This document shows, piece by piece, positions 59,142 to 64,000 of a DNA stretch of 64,000 nt; the first letter of the stretch is position 1, and the number at the start of each line of letters is the position of its first letter. This stretch comes from Octopus vulgaris. Lineage: Eukaryota. The translations under genes were made by a program, and so were the position numbers. The notes under the pieces were generated by a model, which made no database searches, was not told the origin of the DNA, and saw only the letters and a list, made by a program, of their open reading frames with translations. The DNA is taken from contig OX597821.1 in NCBI GenBank assembly GCA_951406725.2, forward strand, positions 36,146,001 to 36,210,000, given 5' to 3'.

Positions 59142-59180
59142 TCACAGAAGTCTGTCACGACGCAAAAATGCTTTGCCCTT
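59142..59180 (-). CDS. MIURF: AltMIEF1/MIURF-like LYR-motif microprotein, last coding exon
   Basis: Polypyrimidine tract plus acceptor ttttcAG|AAG at 59181/59180, phase 0. Encodes KGKAFLRRDRLL*, matching the KGxxFL C-terminus recalled for human AltMIEF1. Confidence 0.82.
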   Translation of the reverse strand, partial: KGKAFLRRDRLL

Positions 59181-61029
59181 CTGAAAATAGATGAAAATAC
59201 ATATAGAATAACATAACATAACCTAAAATGTTTTGGGTTTTTTTTTCTCTTTACAATTCAGTTTGTATTAGAATGTAGAATATCCTTTCAAACAGGTTAA
59301 AGCATGGTCATTTATATCATAGCCTCTGTTGATTATTTCAAAGCTAGTGATTGCTTTCAATGTTCACACCAAGCACAACTGACTGGGAGTAAGCACCTGT
59401 ATTGATATGAGCAACAATACTTGCAGGCAGTTAACAATCTCTACACAGTCAACTGAAAGGATTGGACACATCTGACAATGTAGTTATATGAGACAGGCAT
59501 GTTAAGAATGCCTTTTATCATAGCTCCCTTCAGCTGGAGGTGACCCAATGCCAAACAACAAAGAATGAATGACAGTTCTGTGTAGAAATGAGAGAAACAT
59601 TATTTAAGAGTCTCATAAAAAAAATGTAGTCCACCATCCGAACGTGGCCGATGCCAGCGCCGCCTTGACTGGCTTCTGTGCCGGTGACACGTAAAAAGCG
59701 CCCACTACACTCACGGAGTGGTTGGCGTTAGGAAGGGCATCCAGCTGTAGAAACACTGCCAGATCAGACTGGGGCCTGGTGCAGCCTTCTGGCTTCCCAG
59801 ATCCCGGTCGAACCATCCAACCCATGCTAGCATGGAGAACGGACATTAAACGATGATGATGATGATACAATTAAATTGATAGATGCTAATTACAGGATTT
59901 GTCTTTTCACTGATATACTCAAGAATTCTATTTGCTGAAATTAACATTGATGACATGTAAGTAATAATATTATTTGAAGAGAAACATTTGCATTAGACTG
60001 TAAAAAATCACAAACTACAACAAATTCATGAATTTAAATTTGAAGAACCTTTTAATGAAGTAACGTCTTTGTAATGGAAAACATGCATTACCTGTAAGCT
60101 AAACTACAGATCACATATAGAGGAGTTTAAATTTTGTTGAAATGGAAAGTACTAAACCCCATTAGAGCTAGCTGCCTTCCTTGTTCTGTATCAAAGCAAT
60201 TTATATCATGGCTTTTCTCTCTCTCTCTCTCATTATATTTGACCTTTGGATGGAGTCATAATAAAGTCCATAAACACAGTAACTGGTTGTAGTTGGTCTA
60301 TATTTCATTTCAGTTTTTTTCTCTTTTTAAAGCAGTTGTGATACAATGTTTTCAAGAAAAATATGTTGTTAGGACATAAACACTACATCTATTGCTAGGT
60401 AGTGCCGAGTGGATTTAGTTGAAGGGATAATTCAAAGAATGAAGGAGGTTTTGTGGTTCTGAGATCATCATCCAATGTCTCTTTCATTACTTAAAATTCA
60501 TTATGGCTCTCGCACACTTCTCATACTGACATTTCTGACGAAGTAATTGAGTTACTTGCTAACATGAAATATCTGCATCAATTAATATCCTCACCTACAT
60601 GACTAATCAACACACGAGTGCTAGAAGCACTGTTGACTTCTATGTCACCTTAAAACACAACCCCACCCAGCCACAATCATTGCATGATCCAGCTCACCAT
60701 TGTCTTATCAATTCAATACAATTCATTTTAGCCAATAAAAGAGCAAACTCTACTCCCAAAAACCATCTTCAAATCAATTAATCAGAGCTTCTCTAGTTCT
60801 AAACTGACAACTCTAGACAGTAACCATGCTACTCAAGACAGTTTATTGAGTGGCAGACATTTGTTAATTCAATATGTCTCTTCATAGAGTGAACGCAACA
60901 AAATGTTACCACTGAAAACCCCAAAGTAATTTTTCTTGTACATGTACAAAGAACATAGCTGGAAGTGTTCCACTGCCATCATTTTTAAAAAATCCACAAT
61001 GTTACAATTTAAAAAGCATAAAATGGCTT

Positions 61030-61690
61030 CATGTATTGTATAGCCTGCTATCTGTCTCACATCCCAAATTGTTTGAGCTCTCTGGTCCCTTGTGAAAAAG
61101 ATTTCAACTCCCTTTTTTAAAATTTCTCAGTTTTCCACAGCTTAAACATATGTTAATTCTGTAAGAAGTAATCATGTTAACAAAGCTAACTACTGTGTTA
61201 CTTCTTAATTCTGACCCAAAAGCACTGCACACATTTCACCAACACGTAACTTACAACTGTGTGCGCACAGTCCTTACCAAACCCAATGAATTTACCAGTT
61301 CTGATGGTATTGCTTCCATTATCCTGAAACAGTGCAGTCTAGACTGGGCTTCTGCTACCACAAAATCATTCAATCTTTTTCTCATTACAGGCATCTTTCA
61401 CAGTCTGTAGAAACAGTGTTTCCCATTCTCAAGAAGGTCATCCTAGTGGCTCTGCTAACAACTTACTTATCATCTTCAATGCCAACATCCTAAAAGTAGT
61501 GGAAACAACCATAAACAACTCCTTTATCAACCTCAGCCTTTTGCTTCTCAGTGATCATCAGTTAGTATTTCATAGAGTGAAACCCACTAGACACTTGCTC
61601 TCCTATGTTATGCACCAATAGTTTCTCATCCTTGAGAACTTCAATAAAAGCAGTTTAGTTGTTGGCTCTGACACCAAAAATGCTTCATTG
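61030..61690 (+). mobile_element. Very decayed LINE RT fragment
   Basis: DGIASIILKQC...SFNLFLITGIF resembles the GPDG..LK.C pre-RT region. Confidence 0.5.
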
Positions 61691-62099
61691 CTAAGTTACT
61701 CACCAATCAACATCATCATCATCATTTAGCACCCACTTTCCATATTGGCATGGGTTAGATAAGTTGACTGGAACTGATAAGCCAGAGAGATGCACCAGAT
61801 TCCAGCCTGGTTTCTATGGTTGGATGCCCTTCCTAACACTAACCACTCCAAGTGCTATCAACTACTTCTAGGTATCCTTGCTGGCATTTGATGGAGTTTA
61901 CTTTCTGTATATTTCTCGTGTTCATTGTACCTATGCATCTGCCACACACAAAGACTATTTTCCCAGCTAACCTTCCTCAGATATTACTACTTCTCTTATG
62001 TGTCCATAGCTTGCACCGGGTACATCTATGTCTTTTTTACATATCAAGCAAGGCCATCTACCTGAAGGGATTTATGACTTATCTGCTTTCCTACTATGG

Positions 62100-62790
62100 T
62101 TTTGCTAAATTAACTGTAAGGCCCTTTGATTACTGGTAGTGATTCAGCTACAAGAACATCAGCATAGAGGAGCTCCCAGGGGCAACCTGACTTAAATTCC
62201 TCTACTATTAACTGGAGGACTATGATGAACAAGAGAGAGCTGAGGACTGATCCTTGGTGAACTCCTACCTGTATACTGAATTCATCACTATACTTGTTGC
62301 CAACCCTCACCCAACAGGCAACGTTCCTGTACATAGCTTGTACAGATATCACTAGCCACTTTTCTATCCATAGTTTCCACACTGATCACCAGATAAGGGA
62401 GTGGAAGACCCTGTCAAAGGCTTTCTCCATGTCGATAAAAGCCAAGTAAAGAGATTTATTTTTGGCTAGGTACTACTTCACTTGCAGCTGCATTATCAAG
62501 AATATAGCATCAGTGCCATTCTCCTTGGCTGCTGGTACACCCGTCATTGGGTTTGACTTCCTCATGTATAACTTGACTGACTATATGGGTGACTAGAGCT
62601 TATCCTACACTGCCAGATATTTTAAGCATCTCAGCAGTGATTCTTGATGGGCCTAGGGCTTTCCCTGTCTTCATAACTTTAATTGTTTTATCTACCAAGC
62701 TACTGTCTATTTGGATAGCTGGTCCCTCTGTAGGAAACACATTAGGCAGACTCTCCTTCTCCCATGCATTCTCTACATTTAGCAACCTGG
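62100..62790 (-). mobile_element. RTE-clade LINE RT fragment
   Basis: MKTGKALGPS..ITAEMLK, DMEKAFDR, VGVHQGSVLSSLLFIIVL and PWELLYAD motifs. Confidence 0.85.
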
Positions 62791-63274
62791 CTTCGATAAG
62801 TCAGAAGTAATTCCTATAACTTTTTCCATGACTATTCCCAGCACACATTTTTAACAACTTTAGTGCACAACAGTGTTTCATATGTCCTACATTATTCCTT
62901 ATCAACATATTGACAAATTCAATGTTACTTCTCACCACACATACATTTCTTCAGAGCAACATGTGACTGGCAGAATCATTAGAATGCTAAGCAGAATGCA
63001 AGTGGCACTTCTGTTTTTACAGTCAAAGTTCAAATCCCACAGGGGTCAAATTCACCATTTCTCCCTTCAGGATTGATAGAATAAGGAACAGTTGAGCACC
63101 GGGATCAATGTAATCCCATACCCCAAAATTGTTGGCCTTGTGCCAAAATTTGAAACCAGTATGTGACTGGTTACTCTTGAGTATGTTCTAGATCACATAA
63201 ACCATTTCATCCATGTAAACATAAAAAAATTAATGAATGCACAACATAGGAAAAAAAACACAACAAATACATAC

Positions 63275-63442
63275 CTCAAGAGAGCGCTGTAGCTCATGAG
63301 GATCAGTGATAGAATTGTTCTTATCAAATTCCTTTCGAATTCTACGCAGATAAAAGTTCTTGTCGGTGTAAGAAAGTGTCCTTGCTTTACGAATCATTTG
63401 TCGGTACAGAGAGAAAATAGCAAAAGGAGAGGCAGGATTCAT
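63275..63442 (-). CDS. MIURF: AltMIEF1/MIURF-like LYR-motif microprotein (mitoribosome/complex I assembly factor), first coding exon
   Basis: MNPASPFAIFSLYRQMIRKARTLSYTDKNFYLRRIRKEFDKNNSITDPHELQRSLE has the LYR motif and the LxYTDxxFY..xIRxEF signature of AltMIEF1. Donor GAG|GTATGT at 63275. An upstream acceptor tcAG at 63458 implies a further 5' UTR exon. Confidence 0.85.
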
Positions 63443-63824
63443 TATTGACACAGGTATCTGATCAGACAAAAAAAAAAAAACATGAATTAAGGTAATTTAT
63501 TCATTTTCCCTATTAAAAAAGAATATTTAATTAATTCTATTTGATTTGGGGTAGCAGAAAGGGCTACAATTATCATAGGCTAAACATATACATTCTAATA
63601 CATGATATTCCCTGCTGTGATAATTTGTTGGTGACATTTCATTGTGAATGGGTTCAGGGTTCCCTTTATGGGAAAGAGTTCACACAACTTACAAATTAAC
63701 AGGACACAGGCACAGAAGTGCAGTGAAGAAGTAGTTTGTTCAATAATACCATGATTCCAACTACTGCAAGAATTTCAGCAGGAAATTTGCCGAAATTTTG
63801 GCATAACATCTTCAGATAAGGGGT

Positions 63825-64000
63825 CAGGGGACCCTGTCAAAGGCCTTCTCCATGTTGACAAAAACCAAGTACAGAGGTTTATTATTGGCTAAATACTTCT
63901 GAAGTTGCCTGACCAGGAATACAGCATCAGTCATGCTTCTACCTGGCACAAATCCAAACTGCATCTCATCTATGCTAATCCTCTTCCTAATTGAGTCATG
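63825..64000 (-). mobile_element. RTE-clade LINE RT fragment
   Basis: IDEMQFGFVPGRSMTDAVFLVRQLQ...FVNMEKA. Confidence 0.8.

Noticed and set aside
63230-63469. Unspliced 79-aa ORF as given in the ORF track
   Set aside because: Its start lies in a polypyrimidine tract and its end runs through a GT donor; the spliced 68-aa model restores the conserved KGxxFL C-terminus.

Overview
AT-rich, microsatellite-dense animal genomic DNA. An octopus/cephalopod origin is inferred from the SINE types, the (TA)n load and the galaxin-like genes. Most of the window is transposon debris: a Ty3/Gypsy LTR element, CR1/L2-group, R4/Dong-like and RTE LINEs, Penelope-like fragments with hammerhead motifs, hAT, Chapaev3, mariner/Tc1, a Helitron, a Merlin-like MITE and many SINEs. 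Two host genes can be assembled by hand, both on the minus strand. (1) A two-exon secreted galaxin-like di-cysteine-repeat protein with a His-rich tail (22428..22335 + 13721..13177, 212 aa). It lies in a tandem cluster with a diverged, frameshifted paralogous exon inside its own intron (18426-18831) and a LINE-truncated third copy (28395-28740). (2) A spliced 68-aa LYR-motif microprotein homologous to AltMIEF1/MIURF (63442..63275 + 59180..59142), inside a CpG-depleted domain. There is one 100-N assembly gap. All calls were made by eye, with no database searches.
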